Shown here: one piece after another, positions 1 to 13,660 of the stretch
How the letters are laid out: each line of letters opens with the position of its first letter
Numbering within the stretch: the stretch's first letter is position 1
Source: Rhynchobatus australiae
Taxonomy: Eukaryota
Direction of reading: 5' to 3'
Length of the DNA stretch: 64,000 nucleotides
Assembly: GCA_034780895.1 (NCBI GenBank)
Contig: JAUZTB010000135.1
Coordinates: 78,337,836 to 78,401,835 of the forward strand
Notes under the pieces: model-generated
Database searches by the model: none
The model's input: the letters and a program-made list of their open reading frames with translations, nothing else
What the model was told of the DNA's origin: nothing
Made by a program: the position numbers and the translations under genes

Positions 1-2017
1 TTTTAATTCATCCCTCTTCATCAAAGCCTACTTGAGATTAAATATCAACCAAATGCAGCAGAAAAAACTGACACAATTAACTTTGCTTCTAGATGAACAC
101 ATTTGTGCAAATATTACATTGTGAAAGGTGCAATTTACTGTGCAATTTAGCTACAAGATATTTATTGGATAAGATTTTCAAAAATGTCAGGAATATACAG
201 AGATTGATTCAAATTTTCCAGGTTTGAATTTTCAGATAAATGTCTTTTTGTTTTACAACTGCACACAATTACTGAAAACCCTGTCACATAAGAAATATTA
301 TAAAGCGTATTATGGTGGGGTTCAAAAGGTGAAAGAACAGGTGTTTTTGGCTGCATTTTCCAGTTGGTCTGGTTAAGGTTGAAAGACGCATGCTGGCTGA
401 AGTCATTCTAATAATGTTTCTCGAAACAAAGAACCCAGCCTTGCCATCTGGGACTGTTCACATTTAGTTAAATTCAAAATAATTTTGTTACTTCCCTTAC
501 GCTCAGAGTCATGCNNNNNNNNNNGAAGCAGCTATGTCCTCCAGTTGTTAACTGCAAAGTGATTTGAATTTTGTTTTTGGTGCAGTAAATTGTGGATTTG
601 GTATTACTGTCACTTTGTGACTAAAGGAGGAACATTCAGTACTTTGGAGTAAATGGCTGTTGAGTGGCTTCTGAATCAATAATTAAATTTGAATTGTTGT
701 AGTGTACATTTTCTAAGTCTTCATCCTGCAAGATCTTTGACAGGTTCAGATAAGAAAAGACATCCAATCCATCTTGTCCACCTATTCACAATGTTCACTT
801 GGTGTGCTCACAGTGTTCACTGAATCCAATTTATTGATACAAATACAATCACAAATTTCTTGTTCCACAGCCCGTGTCAGTAATCTGTTCCAAAATTATT
901 GAGTTTAAAGAAAAGTTCCACACTCACTTCTTGTTTCTTCTGTTCTTGTGATAGCCACTTGTGCTTTTATTTTGTACATGGCAAGAGAGCTAACTTGGAT
1001 CCAAAATGTCCAGACCTTTCACTGTCTTGTACATCTCTGTCATGTGTCCTCTCAGTGTTCCTCTCAATGTTTTCTTTTCAGCGGACTAAGAGACTATAGC
1101 TCTGTGACTACTCTTAACAGCTGGAATCTCAAATTTATAGTAATTGATTCTATTCAGACTCTTGTAGCTTTCTAAATGTTCCATGTTGTTTAACAGCTCC
1201 TCCTACCCACCAAGGTGATGCAATTCAAAAGGCCATGACCACCTCCCTCACTGATATTGCTGGTAACTTGTCCTTCCTAAGACGTTCATTATACTTGCCA
1301 AGGCCACTCCTGCTAGCTGTGTTCCTCTCACATAAATGCAAAAAAAGTTTTAAAAGTTGTCAATTTCCCCAGTTTTTGATAAATTCTGAGACCCATACTC
1401 ACAACCACAAAGTCTGATCACAGTCTGAGTTCAAGTGAGAATATTTTGAATGAATTTTTGTCCCCATTCAATCACACTGCACCTTCTCCAGTTCAGCACT
1501 CAGGGAATCATGAAGCCCAGCACTTTCCCTGGCCTCTGTCTATTCAGCTTTTGATGCTACATGTGAATAGTTTTGCCTGACCAGCCTTTCAGTGCCCTGT
1601 CCCTGTTGTGTCTTTCCTTATGGTGAAGTAGGAAAGAAACTTTCTTTCAAATTCTCCCAGTTATCACCAAGTGGAGAAAGGTGACAACTCGTTGCCAAAC
1701 TGCACAATACACCAAAATGCTATACCATCGCTATCTAACAAGTTGAGCATATACCTCTGTACTCTTTGTGAAGGTGAATCTTTATTGAAGATTGTGTTGC
1801 ACTGCTCAAGTGTCAGGACTCATTGTGACAACACGAATTAAGTGGACCAATATTTGCTTAAGGCAGTAGCCTTTCTCAACTCCTCTTTGAATTTGGCTTG
1901 CCCAAATTTCGAAATCCTCCAAACCGTTTTAACATGAACAACATGTAGGTTACATTGGCTTTGACCCAGAGCAGGGTTTGAATGTAGATTGAAACAAATT
2001 CTGAAATGTAAATATAA

Positions 2018-2570
2018 AATAGAACATAGGAACAAGTCCTGCAGCCCACAATGTCTGCACCAACCATGATGTCAAATTGAACTAATTCCAACTGCCTGCA
2101 CATGATCTATATCCCTCCGTTACCTGGCCTGTTCACGCGTCTATCTAAATGTCTCTCAAACGTTGCAATCGTATCTGCTTCCACCAACTCCCCTGCCAGC
2201 GCATTCTAGGCACCATTCTGCTTAAAAGAACTTGCCTCGTGAATCTCCTTTAAACTTTTGCCCTCTCACCTTAAAGCCATGTCCTCCGATATTTGATAGT
2301 TCCACCCTGGGGAAAAGACTTTGGCTATCTACCCTATCTATACTTTTCTTTATTTTGTATGCCTCCATCAGGTCACCCTTTAGCCTCCAACGCTCCAGAG
2401 AAAACAATCCAAGTCTGTTCAACCTCTCCTTATAGCTAACACTCTCCAATCCAGGCAACATCCTGGTGAACCTCTTCCTCCCCTCTCCAAAGCCTGTACA
2501 TCCTTCTGTAATGCAGTGACCAGAACAGTACACAATATTCCAAATGTGGCCTAGCTGAAGTTTTATACAT
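2018..2570 (-). mobile_element. CR1-type LINE, 5'-truncated 3' end (ORF2 C-terminus and tail)
   Basis: ORF 2222-2533(-) encodes FTRMLPGLESVSYKERLNRLGLFSLERWRLKGDLMEAYKI...HGFKVRGQKFKGDSRGKFF, a typical CR1 ORF2 C-terminus; atagaacatag tail near 2018. Confidence 0.9.
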
Positions 2571-3261
2571 CAATTGTTAGCTGGGCTGTGGAATCAATGG
2601 ATTTGTGGAATCAATCATCAGCCGGGTTGTGGGATCAATTGACCAGGATGTGCAATCAATCAGTCATCAACTGGTGTGAGTGATCCGTAGGTGGTTTTCA
2701 TTATGACCAAGGGGTAGATGATAGGGTGGGCAATCAGTCCTTAAAAGGAGAGATCATGCCTCAGACTTGAGGGGTTAGGGTCAGAAAGACATTGGTTGGC
2801 GTTTAGACCGGTGAGCAAGAACAATCAGCCCTTGGGCAGGGTTTTGGGTAGGGAAGGGTGGAAAGTGATGGGGGTGGGGTGGGGGGAGCTGCTGCACCTC
2901 AATGGAGAGGTGGTGAAGGTATATCAGTCCACAGAGATCATTCCTCAGATTCTCGAGAGAGGAGATTTTTACTCAGTCTGGAAAAGAGAAATAGGACCTT
3001 GAAGTGGGGAGGAGAGATCATTTCTCAGTCTTTGGGAAAGGGGATTGCTCAGGCGAGGAGTGGTTGAACCTCAAACTGGAAGGTTCAGGGGTAGGATGGG
3101 AATAAGAGATTGGGACATAGCTGATCTCTGTCCTGGGACAATGGTAGGAGTGCAGTTTANNNNNNNNNNNNNNNNNNNNNNNNNNNNNNNNNTGCAGTGA
3201 AGGGTTAAAAACAGTATTCCCTCTAAAGATTGCCACAAGCTCTATCCTAGTGAAACTACTG

Positions 3262-3482
3262 GCCCATCGCTGTCTATAAGGAGTTTTTATGTTCTCCCCG
3301 TGTGTCTGTGTGGGTTTCCTACCACATTCCAAAGACGTACAGGTTAGGAGCTATGGGCAGGCTATGTTGGCGCCAGAAGAGTGGCAACACCTGCGGGCTG
3401 CCCCCAGCATGTTCTCAGTAATGCAAGAAGATGCATTTCACTGTGTGTTTTGATGTAGATGTGACTAATAAATAAATATCTT
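3262..3482 (+). mobile_element. V-SINE/HE1-like tRNA-derived SINE, 5'-truncated
   Basis: Core gttctccccgtg...gtgggtttcc and tail catttcactgtgtgttttgatgtagatgtgactaataaa; matches the fuller copy at 16073-16366 in reverse. Confidence 0.8.
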
Positions 3483-6400
3483 ATAATGATGCAAGGAACT
3501 TCAGCTTTCCCAACAATAAAAACACTCGACAAAAATTGCTGGTCTGAGTTTGTCTCTTACCTAGAGCACTCAGCTTTTGAGTTCTGCTTCAGCTGATGTT
3601 ATGGAAGTGGGTTCTATTAGGGATTCAGCTTGGAAAACTACTGGATTTATCCTGCAGTGAGAATTGCAGTTATTAGGCTGCCATGTTGATCCTTTGCAGT
3701 GTCAGTAAGATTGCAGCAATGTGCAGATCTGTGATGCAATTCTCAGATATATCTTAATTTTTTGAACCAAGGTGTTGATAAGTTTTTATAAAGGAGGTGA
3801 TATCTCTGCTTCAGTGAATGGTGAAAAATAATGATGTATGCAACCATGGAAACCAGGACCTTTTAGATCATGTTTGAAAAGACTATATTGAACTGTGGCT
3901 TATTCACATAAATTGTTGCGTTGTTCGATTTTGCTTGAAGCAAGTGTAAGCTGACACCTGAGGACTGAGGTTGCACGTGCAGCCTTGGTAGCTGGTGAAA
4001 CAGACTGATTATTATTAACTGCAGATGGGCACTCATCCATTTACAAGTAGCTGTGCTTATGGTGCTGCTCATTTCCTGCCTCATTAGAGAGCTAAAAGGC
4101 TTGATGACATCTGTTTCTAGCATTGTTAACTGTTATGAAAAGTTTCTAAATTGTATATTGAACGTCTGTGTACACAAGGAAACCTTTCAGAATTGTTCAA
4201 CAAACAAGCAGTTGATCGCAACAGATGAAATCCAGAGTCTTTGTAAAAATTACAGAAATATTGCATTTGACAACTTGAGTTTTATTTTCTATTAAATTAT
4301 ATTGTTCCTCTGTGCCACCTATAAAGCAGGAATGTCAACAACTGAACTGATGGTTGATCCTGAATAGAAAGGCGTAATTTAACCAAGGCAGTTACATAAT
4401 ATGACAAACTATTAAAACAAAGTTCAAATGGTTTTATGGACTTTTTCGGACTTTGTTGAATGGGATGTGATCTTTATTAGTGGTGTTTACGGAGTCCATT
4501 TTATTTGCCAGGTACATGATGCCATGGCACAATTCAAGCCAGAACATTGTTCTGATGGAAATGGATCTTCTGGCTTGGTGACCCTTTCCTTCCTGAGTTC
4601 CAAAGACAAGGCCTCTTTAAATGGCTATTACTCAGTTGATACTAATACTTCTATTTTGGTGCAGAATACCTTGTATGGCTTTCGTTTATGATATACCTTT
4701 CTCAGCAATGTAACCAACAGATTTAGTTTGTAATCTTTCTTAATTCATGCTTGCTAATATACTCAACATTTCATGGAATTAGATTCAGTGACAACCAGTA
4801 TAGAAGCAAAATCAATGAACAATTTTCAGCATTGGATACAACCATCATATGATTTGTGTTTTAGAAAATTAAACTTATTATTCAATGCATGAGTACATTA
4901 GCGGATAAGAACACTTTCGGTTGCTCATGTTAAAGAATTATACTCCACCAAAACTGACTCCACCTTTCAATTAAACACAGCATTGATACTTTCTAGATGT
5001 GAGATTAATGTGTGACTGGTTAAAAAAAAACAGAATAAATAAAAATTAACAAAAATGTAATACAGGTCATCTAGGAATAACTATAAATGTCTAGTCCAAG
5101 TGGACACCAATTTTGGGTGACTTTTACCGTGCACTAGAAATTGAAGCAGCTCACTTCATAGCACCAGTGCCTGTGCCTTCATATAAACCCCTTATTAAGA
5201 GAAGTTCTTACAGTAAAAGCACCAAGTATGAATTATTGAATATTCTGTTGACATTTCATAAATTAATGTTGTACAAATATTACAGATTAATGCATATTTT
5301 AGACACTAGGATAACATCAAAAAGATTGAAGTACGTTCAAATTTTGTTAAACTAAAGATCGTTTCAATTATCAATGAAACTGTTAATCTGTTACATTTGG
5401 CACTGGCTGTTGCAATACACTAACAGTAGTTGCTTTATGACAGTGGTGCAAGTAATTAACAGTCTTGTATTACCTGGTCCAGGGATGTACACAGATGGGT
5501 CTAGGAGGAGTGCGGGTGACCCTGACTATCATCTAGCATGTTAATGATACACACGTATCATATGCATAATCTGTGTGTTTCACTTGCTCCTCCAAGTTGC
5601 TGTTAAAATTAAATTCCTGTCCAAACCCTCCTTTATAATCAATGCAAATCTCAGAGAACTGCAGGGACTTCATGGAAATTCCTTCCCAGACTCACTAATC
5701 CTAAATTTACACAAAATGTAATGAGAGACAAGCTAAAAGCAAAATGCAGCAGATGGTGAAATAAAATATAAAATGCTGGAAATACTCTGCAAGTCAGGCA
5801 GTTTCTGTGGAGAGAGAAACAGTAAATGTTTCGGCACAATGACCTTTCATTAGAACTGGCTACTTTGGTTATACTATTGATATCAAAAGTTAATATAATT
5901 TGAGTAAAGTACAAGAGTCATCCTTGGATTTGAGAGCTGCGTTTCTCAGATTTAGTATGAATAACACATTCAAACTTAAATAATAAAATCCTTGAAACCC
6001 ACTCATTATCCACTGTTTTTATTTCCATCAAAGATAATTTAGTGTTTTTAAAATTGCTCATAGATTGAGGGATTCAACTGATGTATGAAAATAATTTGAG
6101 AAAAATGACAAAACTAATATTTCAGAGAAGTACAGGCTGGATTGTTGATTTGAAATATTGCGTGCACATCCTATGAATGTATTAAATTGAAGCAGATTGT
6201 GCCTTCAAATTGATGTTTTAATAAGAAACTTGAAAAAATAAAATGCATTTTTAAAAACACAACCAGCTGTCACAACCAGTTGTGCTGAAATAAAATAAGG
6301 CAGCATCATCAGCACCTCAGGCAGTGACACCTGTTATGAGATTATATTGGAATGTCTAACAAGTGCAAAGACATCAATTTCAAAAATTTAATTAAAATCA

Positions 6401-9400
6401 TTTATTCTGTATGCCTCCAGGGTTTTAAAAATACTCTAAAGAAAATAGCAAACCAACAATGGATTGTTAAAATCAATATCTCACTAAGAGCCCTCAGTTC
6501 TATTATTTACTGATCCAAAAGACGGCAGAAATACACATAGCTTTCATTATAGATGTCTGCAATCACCCTTATCTATAATGGCAAGTAGAGCTATGTTAAT
6601 AACTTCTGACTGTTTCAGTGGAGGAAGATAAAACTGTCAGGAAGTTATGGAGTAGGGCAAGTAAAGTCACTTATGTTACTACCTTTTATGCTTCAAAGTT
6701 GCCCTCCAACATGGTTGGATTTTTGCAAAGGCACAAGTATGCCAATGAATTTTAGTTCTTTGCCACTGGGCATCCTGTAGTACTATTTGCTGTAAAATGT
6801 AACATATACCATTAGAGCACACCATATTATTCAGCTGCTAATAAGGTCCAAGGTACATCATGCCATCCTCTCATTTAAAGGCAAATTCTTTCTTGTAGCA
6901 AACTTGGGTTAATTGGAAGTTCACTTTTCTTATAGATTTCCAACCATTTGCAAATCAGAGACACACCAAGGAAAGAGAACCAGACAAGAAACTTTTCCTT
7001 CCTTCTCTTCATGATGTTTGCTTTACATCAGTTGGAAATATGGAAATTTGAAATATGTTTCTGATTCATGATAGACGGATTGCAGAAAGGAAACAATCTG
7101 CCTTATGCAGGTGTGACCATAGAAAAAAATTTTAAAAATCATATTGCAATGAGGGAGTGATCACAACATTCTAATGGTATTGTAAATGGAGATAGCAGAT
7201 TCTCTCCATTAGTTTAACTGGAGCTCCCCTTCACATATGTGACTTGATCAACTACTCTTAATCTGCATCTTTCATTGCAATTCCAAATACTTACCACTGA
7301 GTGGTGCCACACTGCAGACATCTTGGTTGTAAATTTACTTTGCCCATCTTGACTTAAAGAAAATGTATGAGCTCCAATGTCACCTGATTTTTTTTGTATC
7401 AGTTTAGGTGAATCATGGTCTTCCAACACTTCAGCTCAATGACCCAGATTTTCCCCCTTAATGCCAAATTAAACAAAGATGATTCTGAAATTACAGCTGC
7501 ATTTTCCCAAAACATTCCTGAACTTGGGCCTGCTAACTTTCCCGAACTTCCTGAACTTCAGACCACCAGTTTATGTTCGGTTTTCCTGTTTCCTCTGTCA
7601 TACCTTGAGCCAATGGACGTTCCAGAAGTGGGTCCTTGTACCACACCCTTTCCTTTGGCTCCGGCTCTCAGCCTTCCAAAGCTTTGCCCAATGGCCCAGT
7701 TCTGCATTTCATGATGGGTCTTGCCATTCTACACCCTTATGTACTTTTCCTTGTAGTCACACTGGATCTAACGATTCAATAACTGTCATACTTGCCTAAA
7801 GTTTTGTGCAGATTCATAAAACATATATGTGAGCATACAAGAAAAGATGGAGGCTAATTTTCATCCTATAGAACACTTATTTATTTTTTTCAAAACTGCT
7901 GAGTGCACATTTGCAAACACAGCCCTTACAAACATCAACTAATATGATGTCTGCCAAAGATCAAATCAGTGATGCCAGATATATCCTCAAAAACACTATG
8001 ACCCCTGCTGGCTTGGAGGAGAACAATAATTAATGACATGCGTTAAATTATATATTACCACATTACACCTCTTCTGATGGGTCTGTTGCTTCTAGGGCCA
8101 AAGGCCTTCAAGAACTCCATTCCAGTGATCTGTGACAACATTACATGGGAAACAATTGTCAGAGAAACATTATCTTTGTGTCATAAAAGTCTTATTGTTC
8201 TGCTTAGTAACTATAAAATTTGATCAGCGTAACCCCTGTTAAATATGTTTAAAGGTAGCTTCTCATTATCAGTAAGCTTAATGAACTCTGAGGTATGCAC
8301 CTGATTGGCACAAGGTTGACCTTCCGTCTGACAGAAGCTCTGTTTGTAATATTAAATGGGACCACGCAGTCATTTGAAATTGCTCAGCTAGCTATTATTA
8401 CATTTAATAGTCGAAAGCAATGAGTAATGCATCAGTCAAAAAATTAATGAAAGTATGTTCATTGATTTGTTACCAATATTGTACAATGCAATTTTAGCTC
8501 TTGGTGTCTGCCACAGATAGTTACCCAAAGTAGGATGAAGAAGTAAACAGGGACAAAAAAGAAATATAGAATGACACAGCAATGTGCAATTTAAATCACC
8601 GAAGTCTGCAGCAACATGCCTTGACGTGATCAGATAAGCAGGATATCTCCTCAGTCACTGTGAATTACAGCAGCTAAAGAACCATAGTTCATTTGTGCCC
8701 CAGGTGCCAGTGATCTATGACTGTCATTCACATTAGCATCTATGCACCTGGAATTTTTCATTGCTGGTGGTTTCTGTTTATTCTCTGACCCAAAATCTAG
8801 AAAGAATTATATGTGGCTTAGACATTTCAAAATGCCACACATTTCTGTGGAGTGGATGCAATTAACTATAACATTATCAGTCTAGACTGTACAATGTCTT
8901 TCTTCACTGTTCAACTTATCATCACATCTTCAGAAAGTGTGCATCTTTCCAGAATTATGAGTGTACACTTTCATTGAAATGTACTGCCCTAGAAACCAGT
9001 GCATTAAATTTTTAGGTACTAAATGGAAACTTAAGAATTCAAGATGTTAGACAGAAGGCACCTGTTATTGAATTTCCCCTGTGTTAGAGAAGGTAGAGAA
9101 AGGGGCTGCCAGGAGACAAACCTGACTTGAATGTTAAGTGCTCTCTTTGCATGTGCCAATTAGGGCCAACACCTGTCTCAGGCAGCCGATGAAAAACTGG
9201 GCTGCCCTGAAAGCAGTCAATCAGGTTGTACACTACTTAACCAGCAACCGTTAAAGAGACGACTGAAGTTTACTGTCAAAACAATGCTTTATATATAAAA
9301 TACTTAGTTGAATGTGGAGCCAATTCTGCTGGAGTGTTAAAACTCAATCACTTCTCTTTTTACTCAAGCACCCCCAGTATCACACAAATCAATTGCCTCC

Positions 9401-11029
9401 TCCAACCAACCCCCCCCCCCCCAACGTCCTGAACACTGCCTGCCTCCTACAACCGCAGACCGCATGAGGGCCACAGTCAGTAATGTAATGTGTCANNNNN
9501 NNNNNNNNNNNNNNNNNNNNNNNNNNNNNNNNNNNNNNNNNNNNNNNNNNNNNNNNNNNNNNNNNNNNNNNNNNNNNNNNNNNNNNNNNNNNNNNCAGTA
9601 ATGTAATGTGTCAAATCAAAACCCTCTTCATGTTTAAAGTTTCCTGAAAATGCCCGGCAGTGGACTGAGGATCAGTAGTAAATGAAGCTCCAAGCCGAAC
9701 ATCAGTTGCATCATGACCCAGCCTGTCACCAAGGCAAACCTATACCAAAGCCATGTTAGCAAATGCCCGCATTGCACAATGAACACGTCTCCTCAACCTT
9801 TGCAAGTCCCTTGCTATCTTTTCAATGAATTGTATTGAACCACCATTGAATTACAGTGCACTTTATATTCACTTTGTGATTGGTCTTTGCAATACTATAA
9901 AACAGCTTGTTCACTCACTTAGAATGTTGGAATTATGAACAATTGTTATTACAAAATTGATTTCTAGCTCAAATACTTTTGATGCTCAGAATTCTTATTT
10001 ATTTCTAGTTTACACAGAAAAGGGGGTTTGGACCACAAGTGCTATAAAAAAGCAACTGTCCAAACTTGAGGCATGTAACTGTTGAAAATGTATTCTTGCA
10101 AAGCAGATTTTCTGCTCTACGAAGATCTATGAAGGCAACAGAACTGAGAGTCTAGTGTATCCCTGGGTTTGAGCAATGACGGCATGCAGCCTGCGGCTCT
10201 CTCTGCAGTGCCTGTTTTATGTTTCCTGCCATTAATGTTTTGTCTCTAGCAGCGTAGTAAGGAAAATCAATACCCAGTTCCAACACCATGATTCCTATCA
10301 ATATGTTCTGCTACTAAAGGCTGCCAAAAAAAATGGGCATTTTGGACAGAAAGCATGTACTGTATGCTGCAGATCATCAGGAAAATCATAAAAATCAAAA
10401 CAAAAACAAACAAGTTTAAAAAATATATTTATCTGGCACTTCCTTCCCACTGCGGATACCACAAGCTGAGAAGTAAACCATGTTGGTCACATTGCAACTC
10501 ATAAAATGGGACAGAATTTACTACTGCTCAGTCAGAGCTTGTTTTCTTTTTAAGGAGATCTTATCCAAATACTTTTTTCCAAATTGCATTAAAATAAACA
10601 TAGTCTGACCAAATCCTAATTTTTATTGGTTCGTATTTCCACTCCATTTGAAGCCTGTTCCCTGTTGTTGGAATCCTCACTGCTGTTTTTCACATGAAAG
10701 CATAGCATTTTACAAAAGAGAAACATCTGCTCACAATATCCCTTTATTACATTCTAATGAAAATCCCGTGTGTTTCTTAATGTGTTGTTTATTTGCCATT
10801 ACAGGTTCTCTCATTGGAGATTGTCATATTTAATGGAAGCCCGAGTACTTCAACACTGATCACCCACTGACATGTCCAAGGCATAAGGGACCTGGGAAAA
10901 TACTTGGGCTCCAGGTATGAAACAGCAACTAATTTCACCAATTTTAACCCAGGACAAAGATGTAATGGCGCAGTTACGACCTTTCATAGAAAATTGAAGG
11001 GAATGTTTTCAATTTAAAATACTGTGGAA

Positions 11030-11700
11030 AGGAATCACGGAATAGTTCCAGCACAGAGGGAGGCCATTTGGCCCATTTAGCCATTGCAGGCTCCATGCAA
11101 GATAAATCTAATGAGTTCCACTCCCTTATCCTCTCCCCCGAGCCCTGAAAATCATTTCCTTTCAGATACATATGCAGCTCCTTTTGAATGTCACAATTGA
11201 ACATGCCTCCCTTAGTATTCCTGGCAATGTATCCCAGCTCATTAGTACTCACTGAGTGAAAAAAAACTCGTGTCACTTCTGATTCTTTCACCAATCACTT
11301 TCATTCTACATTCTCCCATTCTTGATGTCTGCGTCGAAGGGTACACTTTCTCTCTACTTATGTTGTCTACATCCCACTTGCTTTTAAGGACCTCTATCAA
11401 ATCTCTTCACAACTTCCTCTGCTCCGAGAAGAACAACATCAGGTCATCCACTCTATTCACATCTCAGGAATAATTTTGGTAAATTTCTGCTACACCCTCT
11501 CCAAAGTCCTTATATCTTTCTAGAAGTGTGGAATCCAGCATTTCAGTTTTGACCAACCCAGTGTATATAAAGGTTCATTGTGACTTCCTTGCTCTTGTGC
11601 TCTTTGCCTCTACTTATAATGCCCAAGATCTCATTTGCTTTTATTAATCATTTTCTCAATGTTTTTTCTGTCACTTTCATCAAACTATCCCCAAATCTCT
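11030..11700 (-). mobile_element. Degenerate CR1-type LINE 3' fragment
   Basis: aggaggccatttggccc-type tail, cctctgctccgagaagaacaac and cttcctt gctcttgt motifs collinear with the CR1 copy at 2018-2570. Confidence 0.7.
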
Positions 11701-13149
11701 GCTCTAGGAAATTGAGGCTGTAATCCAGATCCAAGTCATTCATACATGTTAAGAAAAACAATATATTATGCATGGGTATAAACTGCAAACTAGAAAGATG
11801 AAAATTAAAAACATTCTAGATTATATGTTATTTGTAGGTGTTTTTACTTAAAAAGTGTATGTTAACTTTGGACCAGAGTGGGTTTACTATACAGTTGTGG
11901 TTTCAGAATATCCAATGTGAACTCAATGGAAATTCTGCTTGAATAGTGATAAACCCACTGCATCTTGTTCACCCCCGGTGTAGAAGAGTGGAAGGCAAAA
12001 GTATCAATGAGCTCAATAATTCTGCAGAGAGTATAAATTTAACACAACTTTCCTGCTCAGTGTAAAAGATATGAAATTATTTAATGCAGTACAATAATTT
12101 TGTGAGGTATGAAAGAATCTAATCAAACACATGAATTGGTTCTTTTATGATATCGAATTTGTTGTGGATCCTCCACACCTATGCACAAAGGTGCAAGTGT
12201 GCAGCAAACAATATTCAAAGTAAATGTTGATGTTAGATTCACTGAATTCAAGGGTGCAAATTACTCAGAGTAAATCCAGGCCTTCTTCAATGCAACTTGA
12301 AGGTAATCTGCCTCTCCAAGCCTCTTACCATAGAATCTGATGCAGGAACCTACCTACAAGTAGGCAAGTAAATCCCCTTTAATTTTGTATTTCCACCTCA
12401 CAGCTCCACCACCACTCCCACCTTGCTTTGAGCTTCCTTTGAGTTACCTACCACCTGAACCCAGCACAATCACAGAGCCAACCAACTCATTTCACACAGC
12501 AGCTGACTGCAACCTCAAACTCCACTGTCCCATTATTTCAACCTGACCCTCAATGTCCCAGTGACAGTTCCCCCAGCACTTAGACAACTGTCAACAATCG
12601 AAAGGCTCTTGTGCATATTTAGTTGTGCACAGCCTGATCTATTATTCCACACAGTGCCCTGGGCTTGAGTATGGAAGATTACAGTAAATGTGCACTGGAC
12701 TGCCACACATTCCTGGTTTAACATACCTTTCGGTGCAGAATTATTTCTAAACCATACTTCCTTATGTCCATAATTCCCTCTTCTAAAGTTTTTAGGCTGG
12801 CAGAATGGAATGTTTTTTTTTCAGGGATAAACTGATTTCTTTAGCAAAGTGAATAAATGGTTAAAAAGAGCATTCAAATGGCCTGACCTGATGAGAATTT
12901 TGAGAATCTCTGTTCAAGTGGTCTGGAGGTATCTGAGAATGTGTTAATTCTACAGGATTATCTAATCTGTCAATGCCACTTCAGATGAATTATCTTTACT
13001 TTTGGTTTTATTGATTTGGCTTTACAGAACTTTTCATCTATTCTGTACCAATAAGAATTCTCCTGTTTAATGTCTGCATGGCTGTCACATGTGAAACAGT
13101 CTTAATGTTCTTAGGAAGGACAATAATTATTAGTTCAGGCTTATCAGGA

Positions 13150-13660
13150 AAAAAGAGAAGTCAAAGAAATGGTAACTGGGTCACTGTGGGAAATATTAAA
13201 AGTGACTAAGACATTGGTCAGAGATGAAGGTTTATGGAGGGTCTTAAAGGAGGAGATGGAGATGGGGAAACCAAAGGATTAGTTCCAGACTTTTGTTCAT
13301 AACTGGCACAGTGCTAGTGATGTGGCTGAGGGTGAGTGGGGTTGGTAGTGAAGCTGTAAGGCTACAGGGATTTACAAAATTAGGAAAGGGGAAACCGTGA
13401 AGGGACATAAGATAAAAATAGTTTTTGACATATTGGAACCACATGGTAATATTGGTCAGTTAACAGGGCTGGTTGGTGAACAGGATAGAGTGTGCAGGAT
13501 AGCAGATGGGCAACAAGGTTTTAGATGAGCTTCCACATACAGAGACTGGAGGATTAAGTAGGCCAGCACTGTCATTGTCAAGGCTGCTCATGACAAGGGC
13601 ACAGATGAGGGTTTCAGCAACAGAGGAACTGAAGTAGGGGTGGAAGTCGATGATTTAACA
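13150..13660 (-). mobile_element. Old L2/CR1-group LINE remnant
   Basis: Purine-rich stretch with gtcttaaaggagg...ttccag and acaagggcacagatgagggtttcagca motifs; a related remnant lies at about 53450-53660. Confidence 0.45.

Noticed and set aside
2585-2665. Four spaced gtggaatcaat-like units resembling a repeat-spacer array
   Set aside because: Too short and degenerate, in a vertebrate context with no cas genes; a decayed minisatellite, not CRISPR.
9476-9613. Direct repeat cagtaatgtaatgtgtca on both sides of an N run
   Set aside because: Typical unmerged contig overlap across a scaffold gap.
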